Part shown: positions 57,468 through 59,664 of the stretch, piece after piece
Layout of the letters: every line of letters starts with the position of its first letter
Numbering within the stretch: position 1 is the stretch's first letter
Origin: an uncultured Bacilli bacterium
Lineage (GTDB): Bacteria; Bacillota_I; Bacilli_A; RF39; UBA660
Assembly: GCA_944358775.1 (NCBI GenBank)
Contig: CALVRU010000004.1
Location: 1-59,664 of the forward strand
Length of the DNA: 59,664 nt
Direction: 5' to 3'
Notes under the pieces: model-generated
What the model was told of the DNA's origin: nothing
The model's database searches: none
The model's input: the letters and a program-made list of their open reading frames with translations, nothing else
Translations under genes and position numbers: made by a program

Positions 57468-59540
57468 ATGAAAAAAGGCAAAAAAGGAAAAAAGAAGCAA
57501 AAAAAAAATAATTTTTCTAATATTCGCCGGAATCGTTTAACGATTTTTACTGTTTTGCTATGCTTTGCTTTTGGCCTTCTTGCTATCTCTTTAATAAAAA
57601 CAATATTTTTGGACGGAAAAGTATATCAAGCAAAATTATTGTCATTAACAGACAAAATAGTCGAGGGACCTTCTGCTCCACGTGGTCGGATTTATGATCG
57701 AAATTATAATTTACTCGTCGATAATCAGTTGGTTCCGACAATCTATTATGAAAAGGATAAAAGCCGTTCGACAAAAGATGAAATCGAACTCGCATATTAT
57801 GCCAGTCAGCATATTTCTTTAGATTTATCGAAATTGACGATTCAGATGACAAAAGATTTCTATTTATTATTGTATCCCGAAATTGGAGAATCTAAAATAA
57901 CAGAAGAAGAACGACAGTTACTTGAATACCGAAAAATTACGAGTAGTATGATATACCAATATAAAATCGATCGAATTACGGAAAAAGATTTAGCGGTCCT
58001 TCAAGAAGAAGATCGAAAAGCAGCCTATTTATATAGTCTAATGAATACCGGTTATTCTTACGAAGGAAAGATTATAAAAAGCAAAGATGTCACGGAAAGC
58101 GAAGTGGCTTTTATCGCCGAGCATCAGGAAGAAATGCCTGGTTTTTCCGTCCGGTCGAATTGGGATCGGGTTTATTTATATGGCGATACCTTTCGTTCTA
58201 TTTTAGGAACGGTTTCATCGATTGAACAAGGATTACCATATGAATCAAAAGAAGAGTATTTACAAAAAGGATATGCATTAACGGATCGTGTGGGATTGAG
58301 TTATTTGGAAAAGCAATATGAATCCATTTTGAAAGGCCAAAAGGAAAAATATCGAGTAGTATCGAATCATAAGACAGAACTCATTCAAGAAGCAGTACGA
58401 GGTAACGATATCGTTTTAACGATCGACATTACGTTACAACAAGAAGTGGATCGAATTTTGAGTGAGGAATTGTTAAAAGCAAAAAAAGAGCCAAATACCG
58501 ATTTGTTTAATCGAAGTTTCGTTGTAATTCAACAACCCTATACGGGCGAGATTTTAGCTATGTCTGGCAAACAAGTCATTTTAGAAAATGGAACATATGT
58601 CGTCACTGATTATACACCAGGTGTTGTCACTTCGCCGATGACGCCGGGAAGTGTAGTAAAAGGGGCATCGATGTTGGTTGGATACAACACCGGAGCAGTC
58701 AAGATCGGCCAATATCAGTTAGACGAATGTGTTAAGATTGCCGGCACACCAAAGAAATGTTCACATGAGACGTTAGGAATGATTAATGATATTACAGCTT
58801 TAGCACAATCATCGAACGTATATCAATTTAAGATTGCCATGAAAGTAGGTGGCGCCAATTATGTCTATGGAGCCCCTTTACAGATCAATCCAGATGCATT
58901 TGAGATTTATCGGACGACGTTACGAGAATTTGGATTAGGAATTAAAACCGGAATCGACTTACCAGTCGAAAGTGTCGGTTACATCGGCACAAAAACAGAC
59001 CCTGGATTATTGTTGGATCTTGCGATGGGGCAATATGACACCTATACGCCCATTCAACTTTCACAGTATATTAATACCTTTGCCTCGAATGGATCACGTT
59101 ATCAACCACATCTATTAAAAGAAGTTTATAAAAGTAGTAATACAGCGGAGTTGGGAGAGTTAGATTATCGAGTTGAACCAGTCTTACAAAATAAAGTAAA
59201 TACTCGTCAAGAATATTTAGATCGGATTCAACTGGGTTTTCGTGAAGTTCTGATTTCTGGAACCGGTCGCGGAATCGTCAATTTAGATTTTCGTCCGGCC
59301 GGTAAAACAGGAACAAGTGAAAGTTTCCTAGATACAGACGGAGATGGAATCATCGATACAGAATCGGTCAGTAATGCTTTTGTAGGATATATGCCGTATG
59401 AAGATCCAGTGATGAGTATTGCAGTTACTTCACCGGACGTTGAAAATCCAAATACGAGATATAGTTATCATAGTTATGTCAATCGTCGGATTGCCAAGAA
59501 CGTGATCAATAAATACTTCGAGTTATATCCGATGGAATAA
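57468..59540 (+). CDS. Class B penicillin-binding protein (PBP2a/PbpA-like)
   Basis: N-terminal TM, APRGRIYDRN, GSVVK (SxxK), SSN, KTGT. Confidence 0.92.
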   Translation: MKKGKKGKKKQKKNNFSNIRRNRLTIFTVLLCFAFGLLAISLIKTIFLDGKVYQAKLLSLTDKIVEGPSAPRGRIYDRNYNLLVDNQLVPTIYYEKDKSRSTKDEIELAYYASQHISLDLSKLTIQMTKDFYLLLYPEIGESKITEEERQLLEYRKITSSMIYQYKIDRITEKDLAVLQEEDRKAAYLYSLMNTGYSYEGKIIKSKDVTESEVAFIAEHQEEMPGFSVRSNWDRVYLYGDTFRSILGTVSSIEQGLPYESKEEYLQKGYALTDRVGLSYLEKQYESILKGQKEKYRVVSNHKTELIQEAVRGNDIVLTIDITLQQEVDRILSEELLKAKKEPNTDLFNRSFVVIQQPYTGEILAMSGKQVILENGTYVVTDYTPGVVTSPMTPGSVVKGASMLVGYNTGAVKIGQYQLDECVKIAGTPKKCSHETLGMINDITALAQSSNVYQFKIAMKVGGANYVYGAPLQINPDAFEIYRTTLREFGLGIKTGIDLPVESVGYIGTKTDPGLLLDLAMGQYDTYTPIQLSQYINTFASNGSRYQPHLLKEVYKSSNTAELGELDYRVEPVLQNKVNTRQEYLDRIQLGFREVLISGTGRGIVNLDFRPAGKTGTSESFLDTDGDGIIDTESVSNAFVGYMPYEDPVMSIAVTSPDVENPNTRYSYHSYVNRRIAKNVINKYFELYPME

Positions 59541-59592
59541 AGAAAAGATGTATTTATTTTTTCGAAATTCCAATAACTTCCAACAAGTGATA

Positions 59593-59664
59593 TGAACCCC
59601 GTTTCTTGGACAAAATAGAAACGAGGTTTTTATATGTCAAAATTAAGTTATGAAGATAAAATAA
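59593..59664 (+). mobile_element. Probable left end of an IS3-family element (truncated by the window edge)
   Basis: TGAACCCCGTTTCTTGGACA terminal-repeat-like start, inverted repeat with GAAACGAGG, and an ORF from 59634 beginning MSKLSYEDKI. Confidence 0.5.

Noticed and set aside
57499-57508. A10 tract near the PBP 5' end as an on/off switch
   Set aside because: Part of a Lys-rich cytoplasmic N-terminus of a probably essential gene, currently in frame; no evidence of variation.
1-59664. DGR reverse transcriptase, Avd or AAC-rich template repeat; CRISPR array; tRNA/rRNA genes
   Set aside because: No YxDD RT ORF, no AAC-rich copy of the variable region and no regularly spaced repeat array or tRNA-like fold were seen by eye. 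A computational scan could still find weak cases.

Overview
AT-rich, low-GC Gram-positive chromosome segment, almost entirely on the + strand; only two credible genes are on the minus strand. Gene content and protein style suggest a gut Bacilli lineage such as RF39 (inference, not a taxonomic assignment). The backbone is housekeeping: partial dcw cluster (murG, murB, divIB, ftsA, ftsZ, ftsK/spoIIIE), rplU-prp-rpmA with an L21 leader, obgE, yebC, queH, addBA, ppaC, a P-type ATPase, DUF368-uppP, a two-component system with an ABC exporter, nfo and a class B PBP. Accessory elements are interspersed: a Tad/Flp pilus locus, three type IV prepilins (two a recent tandem duplication), a secreted-protein/three-permease ABC module, an Rpn-type PD-(D/E)XK nuclease with an apparent intragenic antitoxin start, and sporulation-type genes with SigG- and SigE-like promoters. 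The strongest unusual signal is three dispersed pieces of what looks like one surface-protein family. The first is a TasA/SipW-type leader plus C-type-lectin-like tip gene, split by a 1-nt frameshift inside the dcw cluster (3068-4821). The second is an orphan C-terminal cassette whose last ~30 codons carry a clear diversity-generating retroelement (DGR) NNC/NNT signature (26538-26987). The third is an orphan promoter plus leader stub (45843-46026). No reverse transcriptase or template repeat was seen in the window, so any DGR would act in trans. A stand-alone promoter-RBS-10-codon-terminator unit (MWILRFLLGR) sits next to a degenerate CAAX-protease-family gene. No tRNA, rRNA or CRISPR array was recognised. 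The window ends in what appears to be the left end of an IS3-family element. All counts were made by eye and no database searches were run.
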